Source of the DNA: Amoebophrya sp. A120
Lineage: Eukaryota; Protista; Dinoflagellata
NCBI GenBank assembly: GCA_905178155.1
Contig: CAJINV010000004.1
Coordinates: forward strand, 9,710,625 to 9,774,624
Length of the DNA: 64,000 nt
Direction of reading: 5' to 3'
In this document: positions 37,001 through 50,200 of the stretch, one piece after another
How the letters are laid out: each line of letters starts with the position of its first letter
Numbering within the stretch: position 1 is the stretch's first letter
Notes under the pieces: generated by a model
The model's input: the letters and a program-made list of their open reading frames with translations, nothing else
Databases searched by the model: none
Told to the model about the DNA's origin: nothing
Position numbers and translations under genes: made by a program

Positions 37001-39543
37001 CCGATTTTCTGTATTTGTTGACCCACTTCTTCGCGAACCTCTCCCACGGTGAGTACCCACTGAAAGTAGCGGCCCCACTCGGCCAGGAGCTCACCGCGAA
37101 GTCGTTTTGCCGGGTGGTGGAAACGTTAGCAACGGCGTTTAAATCCGCGAGGCCGGACGCAACCAGCTTACGGAAGGCGTTTGTCACGTGCGAGGTACAG
37201 GATTTTGTTGGGATGCTATCTTAGATGCGTCTTGTGCATGACAGCAGTTTATTTGTTTTGCATGGCAAATCCAAATTATCAACGTACCGCCTATGCCGAT
37301 CATCCAAAATCTCTAGACCCACCGCGCCAAGGAGGAGGCGCTGGATTCCTTCTCAAAAGCCGTAGGAAACACGCTCAGCGTATCCTGAGTAAAAACGTAC
37401 CCACACCATAGTCAAGTTGGGGAATCGGCTAGACAAATCCACAAGTTTTGGCTGTTTTGCATGACAAATTTGGATTCGTAGTGTAGTGCTGTTTGAGCTA
37501 GCTCAGCAGCATCACAGATCTAGTAGATCATGCTAATTGGAGCATTACAAATTCCAAAACACGACTGGAAAACGCTTGTTATCGTGCTCCGCATGAGAAA
37601 CATTTTAAGCCTGCAGATTTGCATGACAACTCTGGTGTGGGTACGTTTTTACTCAGGATACAGCGGGGACATGTTGGAGCCGGAAGTGATGTCTGAGAAG
37701 CTCGTATCCAATGTAAAAACGTCCCCACGACCCCATAGTCAAGTTGGGACCTTAGCAACACAAATCCATAAGTTTTGGGAGCCACGCATGACAAGTTGCA
37801 GTCCGGAGTGTAGTGCATGTTAGCAAGGGCAACCGCGGATCACATATCCGTCTGCTTATCCAGTTTACAGCATTACAAATTCCAAAACCCGATCGGAAAA
37901 GCCTCTAATGGAGATGCACATTACAAATCTTCCTGTAATCGCAAATCTGCATGACAACTATGGGGTAGGGACGTTTTTACTCAGGATAGCTCGCGAATGT
38001 GAAAAAAGAGCAGATGTCGCTGTTCAAAAGCAGGATAAAAACGCTGTTCACCGGTTCAAGTAAGGAGGAGGAACAGTGTATGAAAGCCTCAGGTTGGAAA
38101 TCCTCAAAGTGAAAAGAATTTGCAATGCAAAAAAACGACTCCAGTTGAAGCATCATTTCCACTCGGCGCATGACAAATTTTCCGGGCACTCGTCAAAACG
38201 TGTCTGTCATGCTAGTTGGGCAAAGGGGCGCCCTTCTCTCGTGCTAATCAGCAGCCCAATTCTGAACCCGTAGAAGCACAATAGTCGGCCTCCGTTGCGG
38301 GCTCTGCAATACAGCTTTTTTGGTGTCGCATTTCATGCATCACAAATTATTTCCACTTTGAGGATTTCCATTCTGAGGCTTTCATACAGTGGAAGGAGCA
38401 GTTGCTGGAGGAAATGCAAATCGCTTTGGAAGAAAAAGTATCCTGTGCAAGAGTATCGTACTAGTATGAAATGCATTCATGCATTACAAATTTCTTTCTC
38501 AAGCTAAATCCGCATTACAAATTTCATTTCTCATGCTCAGGAAATTTGTCATGCGATTTATACCAGTACGATGCTTTTGCAGTTCATAAAAAGCCACGGT
38601 GTTAGCCGAAAGAAACGAAACGGCCTATACGCAAGCAACGTACTATTTTTTTTTGTTCTTGTTGCGAGGTCAATTTCGATTTTCATTTTCATTACGCTGG
38701 TGCATGTGCGTGACCATGATGCTGGACATTCGTTGATAGTAGTACACTATTTTTACGCAACACGATGAAAAAATTCACAAGTCAAAAACATCTAGCATAA
38801 CAAAATTTCGAAAGAACAGGTGGAAGCTTGTTGCAACACCTGTATTGACGGTCCCGGTCTGCATGAGCATTTTATCCTTGCCGCACCTGCTGCTCTACGC
38901 CTGCGTTGCTGCGGGTGGTGCCTTCCATTTGAATACCAGAGCAGGGGACGAGGGAGTGCAAGGTATATTGAAACTCCTCATAATAATGAATTGCTGAGGT
39001 ACAACATGTACAACAAGAACAACAGCACAGCTGCAGCTCCTCCCACTTGCATGTTGTGTTGCGGATGGGGATGTATGATTTATTTTTCGCAACACTTTTT
39101 GTTTTTGTTTTTAGTCTTAGTGTTGCTGTTGATCATGCCGCATGAATTTTCTGCAATATCTATCAGGTTGGTTCGCTCCGGACGTGTTGGAGCGGGTGTT
39201 TCAGGACATCAAAGCCTTTATGACGCAGCGTTACATTATGCATTGCAAAAGTATCGTACTCGTATTGCAGTCATGCATTACAAATATTTTTCTCAAGGTA
39301 AATGCGCATTACAAATTTTATGCTGAGGGGATTTGTCATGCATTTATACGAGTGCGATACTTGGTTTTGCAGTTCATATACATCGACGTAAAACAAATGT
39401 CCTTCGTCGCCCGACGCTGCGACAAGCTCCCGCAGCAGATCACAAACACCGTATCGGGCGCCAACCTCGCCGCGGCCGGCGCCGTCGCTTCCGGGGCTGC
39501 AAAGATGGCTACCGACAAGGCGAAAAATGCAGCGGCGTTGTGA
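34025..39543 (+). CDS. Atlastin/guanylate-binding-protein family GTPase (~651 aa) with C-terminal hydrophobic segments; 11 introners and 6 conventional introns (34364-34576, 35478-35807, 36762-36919, 37195-37316, GC-AG 38631-38819, 38963-39166)
   Basis: Spliced motifs VAVISVMGMYRTGKSFLLD (P-loop), GFHWRPG..TKGIWLWSEPF, VMDTQG, LLSSKLIYN, FLVRDW and CCLPHPG match the atlastin/GBP GTPase pattern. Confidence 0.9.
34144..34293. mobile_element. Introner family C
   Basis: DR TTCGA. Confidence 0.9.
34635..34842. mobile_element. Introner family G-like, inserted inside the GTPase P-loop
   Basis: DR ATGTA; excision gives GMYRTGKS. Confidence 0.92.
34882..35034. mobile_element. Introner family C
   Basis: DR TGCTC. 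Confidence 0.9.
35137..35385. mobile_element. Introner family D (eroded 3' TIR)
   Basis: DR CTCGC/CTCGT. Confidence 0.85.
35964..36119. mobile_element. Introner family C
   Basis: DR CTCGA/ATCGA; excision gives LLSSKLIYN. Confidence 0.88.
36199..36410. mobile_element. Introner family G
   Basis: DR ACGCC. Confidence 0.9.
37381..37660. mobile_element. Introner family H
   Basis: DR CAGCG. Confidence 0.92.
37705..37988. mobile_element. Introner family H
   Basis: DR GCTCG. Confidence 0.9.
38079..38386. mobile_element. Introner family I (TIR TATGAAAGCCTCAG..GGAAATCCTCAAAGTG)
   Basis: DR CAGTG. Confidence 0.92.
38439..38588. mobile_element. Introner family C
   Basis: DR AAAAG. Confidence 0.9.
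39237..39378. mobile_element. Introner family C
   Basis: DR TACAT. Confidence 0.88.
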
Positions 39544-39580
39544 TAAGGATAACTGCAGCAGCGTTGTGATAAGGATAACT
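39528..39580. repeat. 26-bp tandem duplication spanning the GTPase stop codon
   Basis: TGCAGCGGCGTTGTGATAAGGATAAC followed by TGCAGCAGCGTTGTGATAAGGATAAC. Confidence 0.85.
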
Positions 39581-41284
39581 GGAGATTTCATCTTCACTCC
39601 TGCAGACTGTGCTTGTTCCACGGTACGATTTTTTGGAGAAAGCATCATGGTCTTGGTCATGCGTCGAGTGGCTCATTGATTTTGTCGCATTGAAACAAAA
39701 GCGCAGCTGCTCCTAATTTTTTTTTTCCAGCATAATTAAGTATATAGGGAAGAGGTAGAGGAGTAGCCTGCGTTTTTGTTGCTCGACAGATTATATGGGC
39801 ACATCAGCATACACATACTTGTCGGGAATTCGCTTTGACTAACTTATACGAATCATACACACAAATCACTAACTTGCCATGCAACTACAAAATTAATCTC
39901 TTTTCTCACAACAGCAAAGTCTTTTGAAACATGATAAGCTTGTCGAGGCTGTCGAATAGAGGAATGTCGGGCTGCTCAGGTGGCAGGCATTGAATTCGAA
40001 GCTGGCAGCATCTCCCAAGGCAACGAGTAGCACAAAAAATAAACTCGCTGCTTTATCTGCAGCGGATGTAGACAGTGAAGAGAGAGGCCTTTGCTTCAGA
40101 ATCAGAAATTGTTCAAACTCCTACACTTTCATTTTCGAATATCAATATTGATCCCTGCGGACATTGATTGTGATTGTTGCCCAAGAAGAAGCCAAAAGTT
40201 CATAAGGCCACGCATTCCCTCACTTCGGTTTTTTGATTTTTTTCTGAACTATTTTCTTGCATGGATAAGTATCAAATGAGCGCATGACCACGACGCCAAT
40301 TTCTATCGTGCGCTCCTTAGTAGCATCAACGACCACGAGCAAGGACTTCAAGAAATCGGTTCGAAGCAAATCTTCTAGAAGAACGGTTCAAAGATGTTTT
40401 TGAGCAACTTCCACTTGTTTCGGTATTGAAACTAGTACGAGAAACGCAGACAAATTGTTTCGGTCACGAGGCGATCAAATTTGAAATTTTGAGGACACGA
40501 CCGGGTCTAGAGAATTTCTGATTGAGATTCTTGCAAGCAGTAATTATGGTTATAGTTCAGACACAGGATGAATTTAGATTCACATGGACGCCGCAAGACA
40601 ACGCGGTCGCGCACCTAGTACAAGTAGCACTTGACTTGCCACTTGAACAGCACTGCGAAATTTGACAGGACCACTGCCCCAAAATGAGCATAACAGAATT
40701 ACTATAGGCTCTACATATATTGAACTAAGTTCCGATAGAGAAGAGAACATTTTTTCCATGATCACACCTTATTTTGCGAGGCCCTTTTTCTCGCTTTTCA
40801 AAGGTTTTTCTTTTCCTGAAGAGTACTGCTTTGACTTTCTGGTGCGACCTTTTTTTCTCTACCGTCTACTTACGAGGTCTTATGTCGTATTTTTGTTGAT
40901 CTAAGCACTTTCTTGGCTTTCGCATTAGTCCACGACGCAGCGCGCAGATAAATAGGAACCTGAACAAATTTAATCCTGTCCTTTATGACCTCATAATATC
41001 AGTGCGAAGTAGTTTTCACTCTGTGCTTATTTGTTTCGATTTTTTTGTCACACAAGTGAACAACATTTTACCACATCACGCATAGCACATCAACATCGCA
41101 CATGAACTACATGATAAAAAAGATGGCGAGTAACCTTTTCGGACAGGGCCGGAGAGCCAAGCACGACAAGTTGTTCCTGATTTTTATGCAGCGGCTCTAC
41201 TTGTGCCTCGAACTCGATCGAAACAACAAGTTCTGCGTCGAGAATTGTTAGTCTTCCGCATCGTCCGCGACGGCACCTGCAGCC

Positions 41285-44200
41285 ATGGAAAATGTATCTG
41301 CGGACATGGTGAAAAATTACCAGGGCCATTTAGGTCGTGATGACGAGGACCACAACGGCGAACAACCCGATGCGAAAAAACAGCGGAGAGATCATGATCT
41401 TCGGCACGTGTATTCCTCTTCCAATTCCTCCCTTCTTGGTGGGGCGTCCTCGTCCGATTTGGCGGGTAGTGGAAAAGACGCGTACGAGCAGGACTTTCTG
41501 CTAACGCACCGAGGAAAAGAGAAGGTGTATGGCAGACGAGGCAAGGAAGATGGTTCTACCTCGGCTACGGCTACGGGTCGTGTCGCACGAGGAGCCCCCC
41601 GACGGGATGAAGAGGAATCTCGTACAGGAAGAAGTGGAAGCAGCAGGTACTGGGCAGCTAGTACTCAAGACCACAAACGTGCTGCACGAGAAGGAAAAAT
41701 ATTACCAGCTGGTGCAGGAGACGAGTCTCACGCCGCACGAGAGGTCGTGGACCACGATGCGAAATCCGCCGGCGCCACTTCGAGAGTTTCCTCCAAAATC
41801 TCTTCCCGCCAGAAAATGTTTGCGCAACAAATGTTGAATATGCGGGGGCAGCCTGGACAAGTACCCGCTCCGTCTTCCCGCAGCTGGTACGACAATCTCT
41901 CCTTGTACCGCTACGAGGCCCTGTTTGAGCGGGTAGCGCGGGACCTGGAAAACAACAGAATTACTGGCATTGTGCCGGACGACGCGGTCATTCAAGACGA
42001 TCTGCACACGCAGCCGGGAAGCGAGAACAGCTCGGTGAAAGAGGAAGACGGCCTGGATGTTGGCAGCGTGTCCGCTACGGAGGAGGAAACTGTTGAAACT
42101 GGTGCTAGAAATGATGTCCTCGTAGTACGGGATCGTCAGCTTCCTCCTGGCGAGGAACAAATGAGAAACAGTACAACTAACGAGCCCACGTCGAGAGCGG
42201 TGAGTCAGAGCCGGAACATTGAAACCCCTGGAGGAGGTCCCCCGCACAATCAACATGACGGCTCAGAAATGTCCCCGGAGGAACTGGCCCGGTTGAGGAG
42301 ACTGAAGAAGCGAACGCAAAACCGGAGCAAAGAGTTCCGTTTGGACAAAAACACGAGATCCGGAAGTTCCGACTTATTCAACAGGTCCAACAGCATCAAA
42401 TTGCAAGGTCTCATGCGGAACAAAAGCAGGAGCACAACCAACAGCGATTATAATTTCTTGACAAACCAACTTGCTGTCGCGACAGGTGGAGGTGGAGCAC
42501 AATATCGAGAACCAGCGAGTGAAGATTTCCCCGACTTGCTTTCCAGGTCGGGAACGGATTTGGATGTGAGGCAGACGGACATGTTGACGCGGAGCGGCTC
42601 GAATCTGAGTCTGACTGCGGGAGGAGAACATCATGGGCTGCTCCCGCAGAGTGGTTCTTCCGATCGCGCTGGTAAAGTGCCAAAGAAAAGCAATAAGCAT
42701 AAGCTGATGAGGTTTCCCACGAATTTTCAAGCGCCGGTGCTGGGGTTGGCGATTTTGCGGTATGACGACGAAGACCAAGATGAACAGGAGGAGGATCATG
42801 TCGGCGAGCATGAGCAAACAGACAGGAACGATGTTGCAGCTCCTTCCCGGCAAGAAATGACACAGAGTGCTGGCAGTGGCACACCCCCCTCCGATGCCTT
42901 GTTTTCCTCCGGAACTTCCGCAGATGTTGCGGCCCAGCAAGATGTGGACGTGCACACACTACAACAAAGCATAACTGCGACGAATTGTGACGAGAATGCC
43001 ACCAACCTGGTTCCCACGGTGAACTCCACCGAAAGTACCAGTTTCAACTACTCCAAATCGTCACAAAAACCGCTCAAAATGGGTGTTGCAACTCCCGAAG
43101 ACGACAAGGGTTGTGGTCTCAAACCGCAGTCTGTGTATGACATTGTGGACCTCTCCTCGACTCCTGGGTTTCTGATCGACGAGTATCAACATGGCAGTAT
43201 GGAAGGAATAATGCCCAGCGACGTAGAGGAAAAGAAGAAGCACATGAAGAACTACAGTTCGGATATAGATAAAAAACCGACCTCTAGTATCTCTTCAACA
43301 TCTCCTGATGATAGCGCCGACCTTTGTTCGCGAGGTAGAGTTAGCACCGAACTCTCAGAGGGACCTGACGAAAGCGCCAGAAGTAGTGTCTCCAAGGAAG
43401 TAGGGCAAGAGATGATTATAAGCGACACGACAAACACGCCTGCTGGGACAACTGGTAGCACGACCACAACTACATCCGGCCTTACAGACCCCGCGGCTGT
43501 TGCGGCACCACATCTAAAATCCACTCTTCTCTCCACGAATCTCGCGCCCCAAAACGCGTTCGACTTCAGCCTCCGGTCTGTTTCCGCTCCGGCAAACAAG
43601 CGAAGGCTGTCGACGCCTCGCAGGTCCCGACCGGACAGCGAGCTGACGCGCACCTACAGCCGAAAATCGGTATTCCGCATGCACAGCCTGATGCGGCAAG
43701 ACAGTTTGGCCAGCGGCAGGAGTACCAGTAGGCCCGCGTCCACTACAGGAGCATTAGCCGAGGTTGACCCGATAAAATCGCTCACTTTCGGAGGCTTGGG
43801 ACTGAATTTCGCAAGTGCTGAACAAGCTGCAGACTCCAGCACTGGGACCATAGGAGCGTTTCTCGCGAACTCCGCCCCTGGTAGCGGGACCATGAGCGGT
43901 AGTTACACGACCGGAGTTGGAGATCATGATGCCTACAACACACAAGAACACGCATTCCCAGACCAGCCGAACACCTGGCATGGCGGCAGTGCGCGATTCG
44001 AGCGGCAGCTGGTGGATCTTAACGCGCTTTTCGAGCACCGAGAAGAGGACGAGGAGGGAAAAATCGTGAGTAGATCGGGTTCACAACTCGAAGGCACGAC
44101 GACGCAGCTGGATGATAAAAGTAGTGCAGGAACAAGCACTACTTCGGGAAAGAACATCCTCGCTAAGCCTGTATCAGAAGAAGCTGTACAACTATCACCA

Positions 44201-47200
44201 GTTGTATTGCCTAATAACGCAAACGTCAACGGGTCTTCTCCCGTCGTCTCCGACAAACGGGACGTTTCGACTGCGACGAATAGCACCGCGGAAGTGATGG
44301 GCGTGGTCTCCACTTCTCCGTCCGAGACGAGTAGCGCAACCGCAAGCCCAATTTTTCACAAGAAAATTGTCGCGGTTCTTTCATCCCAGCAGCAGACGCC
44401 AGCTGCAGTAGATGATGTCGGTAAGAGCACAACATCAGATAATGTTCTTGCCAACTCGCAGCAGCTTCTTTCCCCTGTCATCGAAAAAACAACCTCACTC
44501 GGAACAACTAGCACAACCGTTGTTCAACAAAATTCTCCGGCGTCCTATGGTGGTGGTAGTGGTCCTCAGCTCCTTCTTGACGGGGGTTTAATCGGAGGAC
44601 ATCAAGATGAACTGGCGCAAACTATCGTCCCGCAAGGCGTCGTGGCCGCGCAAGCAAACGCCACGCCCGCGGCGGACTACCCGCTTGTGCTCGAAAAGGT
44701 CCAGGGGCTAACGCCGGTGGTGGTGTATGAATGCAGCGTGGTAGAAGAAACAAACCGGAAGCCGTTTCCCGACGAGGTTTTGAAGGCCTTCGCGACCAGC
44801 TTGCAAAAGCTGAACAACGACGACAATGTGGGCTTCATTTCCGGCGAAGACGGGTTGATGTCCAGCCTGCAGGTCTTAGCCCACCAAGTGACGAAAAAGC
44901 CCTGCTGCATGTCGCCGCTCCTCCTATTGCCCACGTACGCGCGCTGCTACCGCCCGGGTTCGAAGTTTCTGATCTGTACCGTGGGCTTGGAAAACGACTC
45001 CGTGTATCTGAACATTGCAGATTTGGCGGAGCGCGCCGGGTACACGGAGCAAAGGTTCCGCGATTTGTTTCTCATCGAACGGTTCGAAGACATCTTGCTG
45101 CAGTCCCAGGATGATTTGGAAAAGCAGGGGGAGATGATACTGGATCGGATCTGCTCCAAGTTCCGGGGCATCTTTCGAAGATCGACAGCAAACGGCAACT
45201 CAATCCTCACCCAAGAACAACTCCCGGAAGCACAAGCAGAAGGTCCTGGTGCAACAGGCGCCGCCATCCCGTTATTTCCAAGCGTTAGATCTACTTCTGG
45301 GAGCAGAACGAGCATTGGTGCGGCGGATGGTGCAGGTGGAGTAGTACAACCAGGTGAAATGGAAAGCGAGAATGCTGCTAAAACAAAAGCAGGCATCGTG
45401 CGAGCAAGTGAAAGACCCGGGGGCGAGGGGGAAAATAATAATGAACAAGAACATCAACCGCGGAAAACAACAAGATCGTTGTATCACAGTGAAAAATGCC
45501 CCCCACACCTGAAATTGCAACAATTTGTGATGCGAAGTTTCCAAATGAAAGCTTTTTGTCATGCATGAAAGGAGTAAGAATCTTTCTGATGCAGATTCTA
45601 GTCGTGTTTCGCATCGCTTGCATGACAAGCACCGCTCTTGCTGGGATCTTTTGCAATACAAATTTTTGCTATTCACGATCGGAAATCTGTGATGCTGATA
45701 CACGCAAGAGGGCGAGTGTTTCACTTGGAAAGATTTGCAATACAAATGCTTTCAAGTTCGGGGGTGGGGGCATTTTTCATTGTAATACGTTGCCCCGTTG
45801 CTCTGGAATTTTTGTCGAGTGTGCGGAAATGATATTGTGAGGAAAAATCCCCCCATCCCATATTGAAAGCCTATGTTTCTGAAAATTTGTCTTGCTGATT
45901 TGAGGTCACAAATCGCATTCGTCTTGCAAGAAGACAAGGTGAGAAGCTTCCGCCTCATTATGGAAGCGGTTTGTCATGCTGTTGGACCTAAAGGGGAGCC
46001 GTTTGCCATGCTGAACAACTAGACCAATACGCCCCTACCGAGCCGGGGGATCTGGCCGCAATGCCTCTCTGCATCACAAAGCTGAATTGTGTACACAAAT
46101 CCAGCATCAGAAATTCCGTTTTGATATGGGGAGGGGGTATTTTTCCTTACGATAAATGACGGTGCACAGTGACCTGTTGAGGGAGGAGCTAGGGGTCCCT
46201 GTGTGGGACATGGTGTCTCTTTCCCACGCTTTGATGCTCGGGTATTTGGAAAACCCTCTTTTTGGCAGACTGGGCTGGCAGGTCCACGGGAGTGGTGGCA
46301 CTGCGACTGCTCCAGGCCTTGTTCTGACGCAGGATATGCAGCCACAACAACTCAATGACCTGAACGCAGCTGGTGGTGAAGGTTCAGAGGAGTTGCTGTC
46401 CGAAATAAATGCTGCTGACAACGACAAACCGGTGCACAACGAACCCTCGGTGGACGAAAATTATTCCATTGTTCCAGACACCACAACGATGACCACTGGC
46501 GCTGTTGATGTCGACCATTTGGTGAGGGTGAACAGACGGAAGAGCATCACTAGACATTTCTCCGTGGCAGGCAGCAGTTTTGTTCACCAAAAGGACGACC
46601 AAGTGGAACAAAATCATCTACTTCATCTTCAAAATGTTGAACTAGACTTACGACCCTCTGTTGCCCAGCTCGCTTCCTGGGCTGGGAACAAACTAGTCGA
46701 CGATGAAGACAGAGCGTGCTACGCTGCGCAGCGGGACCAAGTGAAGGCCCTGATTGATTACATCTTGGCGGAGAATAGGAAGCTTGTGTTTGATGCTGCG
46801 ACCTCTAGGCCACGGACGGCGAGTGGCAACGTGATCAATCCGGTAGTTAAGCTTTTGCCGGAAAGCGCCACGTTTTTGAGCACAACGAAAAAACAGCTGA
46901 CCAATTATGCAGTAGATGCAGGAGTGCAGCTGTCCTCCGACGTTGTTGATCATACGTCGCAAGAAGTAGGAGGTGCGGCCAACACTTCTTCTGCTACTCC
47001 TGCACCTCCAACATCTTCAGCCACTACAACTTCCTCCTTTCAGCACCCGGCGCTCGGGTGTCTCCGCCTAGACTCTCTGTACCGCCCCGCCGCCGGGGAT
47101 GTGGCCGACCCGCGGTCGCACGAGTTCGCTTTGGTGAATCGGGTGGTTCCTGGATTAACTTTCGAAATGTGCCGGTCGGGCACCTTAACGGCGGAGGTGC

Positions 47201-50200
47201 GGCGGAACTTTGCCCGGGCGGTGAAGTATCTCGACAAGCACCCGCAGGTGAAGGTGATAACCGGGGATTGCGGGTTCATGATGTTCTTCCAGGAACTGGC
47301 GCAGGCGTTTACGCGCAAACCGGTGTGCATGAGTAGCTTGATGCTGATCACGGGGCTGAACCAATTCATCCACCCGGACAAGCAGATCGCGATTTTGACG
47401 GCAAACTCCACGGACTTGGAGGATTTGATCCCCGTCGTGTCGCGCGTTTGCGGGGTCGGATTGCAGGCGTTCGAGACGGATTTGGTGAAGGAAAACCGAG
47501 ATTTGGCGAGCTTCATCTCGGCCGCAAGCTCCCAGGCGAGTTTTATCCCGAGGGGGTTGATGGGGCCAGGATGGGGTGCTGCACCAGGAGGGCCTCCAAG
47601 AACGCCGAGTGCGATCAGCGTAAGTTCGGCGACTGCAGGTGGTGGAGCTCCAGGAGTTTCAGCCAGTGCAGCGGTGGTTACGACCTCCCAGCAGCCAACG
47701 CAGGATACGGTTTTTGAGGGAAAAATTCTGGAAATCGGAGCAGCTTCAGACGGGAAAGACAAGCTGAGCAGACCACATGCGCAACATCAAGACTGGCAGG
47801 AAAAGCATGACGTCGAGAACCAGATGTACCAGCAGAGCATGCCAGACCGTGATCTTCCAGCACGTGAAGGAGTATTGAACAATCCGCCGTCGCAGCTGGC
47901 GCAATCCTGTAAGACCCCACCTCTTATTGAAGAAAATATTACCCTCGGGACGACACCAATTTCAACTCCGGGTAGAGGTGGTGCCAGGAAAAAAGTAGAA
48001 AAAGGAGCTCCTAAAAGTACTGCCTCCGCAAGCAACCCGCTTTCCCGCACCCTTTCCAACTCTTCTGACCGATCTACCTCGAGGATAAACAACAATAACG
48101 CCAGCAAAAGTGATAGTGGTTCTACTACTGCCAAAAATAATTATGCGGCGGATCCAAGTTTCCTCGACGCGGTTGCGACGAAATTGAAATCAGAACTGGG
48201 ACAGCAACTCGTGGATGAATTTTACAACAGTTTAGGGACGAATGGGAGCGACGATAAAATCTTCACACCGGACGAGCAGGGCGACCCGGTGCAGCAGCTT
48301 TCGAATGCGATATTACCTGATCAGAAGCAAAACCTGTCAATATCTTCCGCATCAAATTCAAATTCTCAGTCGGCCGGCGGCGGCACCAGCGATGAAGTAA
48401 GTTTGAATTCCTCTTCGAAGATGAAGAAGAAGGCGCTGCGTCGCATGGACTCACCGATGCCGGAAAGTTTCGTAAAGCAGACGTCTTCGTCTACTACTTT
48501 CGGGTCTTTCCGCTCTAACATTTCCGGCGTGGTGGTCCTAAACACAGCAGGTGGACAAGATCAAGAACAGCGCCCGACGTCAAACTCTTCAGGAGATTCG
48601 CTTCGTGTGCCGGCCTCGAGCCCGAGGGACGACGTTGATGAGGAGGACGATCATGAGGGTGTACTAGCACTTTCTCTACTTCGTTCTCAAAATTATTCCA
48701 CGACCAAACTGGGTAGATCTTCAAAGCAGGAGGACATCCAGACTACACTTTCCTTTTTAGCCGGAGGAACGATCTCAGGAACTGCGACCTCCTCAAGCAG
48801 TCTCTCAGGTGCTGGGACGAGCACCAGCAATACGGAACAAGAATATATCGCCGCGAAGACCAAATCCGAAAGTTCCTCGTCGACTGCTCCTCCTAAAAAT
48901 AATGTAGTAGTGGTTCATGCGATGCAAGATCGAGAAATTCTCGAGGAGCCATGCCCGGATGCAGAAGTGAATCTTTCGTTGGCGAAGCAGGAGAAAGAAA
49001 TGATCAACAGTAGCAGTAGTTCTACAAACAATAAATCCGCCGACCCGTTTGTCCGCAACATGCTGACGGAGGAGGAGGAGGAAACGATGCTGATCAAAGG
49101 AATCCTCTCCCGCTCCACCTCTCTCCAGGCCGCCGATGTCTTCGGCGAAAAGCCAACCACCATGCGAACGCTGAAGCAGCTCGCGGCGGATAGGACCACT
49201 AGTCCCTACGACAGTCCGGGGGCTGGGCAGCTGGTTCGCCAAGGCGGCGCTGGGGGAAGTAGCAGTGCAAATATGTTTACAACTTCTCCCGGCGGAGAAA
49301 CCCCTCCGTCCGAAGAGGACGATATCGTGCCGATAGAGATTGGGAACAGGAACACGAGAAGTACAGAGAGTGCTAGTAACAAAAGTAGGTCCACAGGAAA
49401 TCGTCCCACTACACGAGCGTCGTCCACGACCCCCTCCCACAAAGGACCCAGTCCTGGTCACAGTGACTCGTCTGTCGGGCGGGCTACCGGGACCGTACAT
49501 GACGGTGATTTCAGTTGTCCCGCTGACGCAACGACGAACTCAGAAGAGGACCACGCAGCTGCTTTAGTACGGACGAGTACAACAGTGGACGAGAATAAAG
49601 GGGGTGTTGACATCAAGGAGAAGTACAGAAAAAGGAAGAACCTATCCTCGACCGCCGGTTATGCAAAAAATAAAAATCCCGAGATATACATCAACACGAG
49701 CGACGGCCAAGGCTTCAAGTACATGCCGATGCCACCTGCCGATAATAATTTCAGCGGCACATCAGGCTCCTGCGATACTTTCTCCGACACGAAGACGCCG
49801 GACTACTTGCCGAGCCCGCCTTTTGAGCCGATGCGCGTGCCAAGACTGACCAAGGAAGAACGGGAGTTCTCGTTAGATCCCTTCACCATGTCTGACCTTA
49901 GCTTCTCGACCACTTCCAATTCCATTTCCGCCTACACGACAAATTCCCTTTTCTCGCAAACGAACCTCACGAATTACAATTCCCAAATCATCAACCCCAA
50001 TGTAGCTGTGAGTCCACGGGGCGGGGGCGGGCCGCCGTACGAAGCCAGCACGACCAGCAGCGGCCGCCCCAACACCACTGCCTCGGGGGCCGGCTCCACA
50101 GCCGGGACTACGAGGGGTGTGGTGGCGCGGCGGCCAGACTTCCCCGAGGAGCGGATCGAGGAAGATGTGGACATCGCTTACTCGGGTCTGAAGAACAACG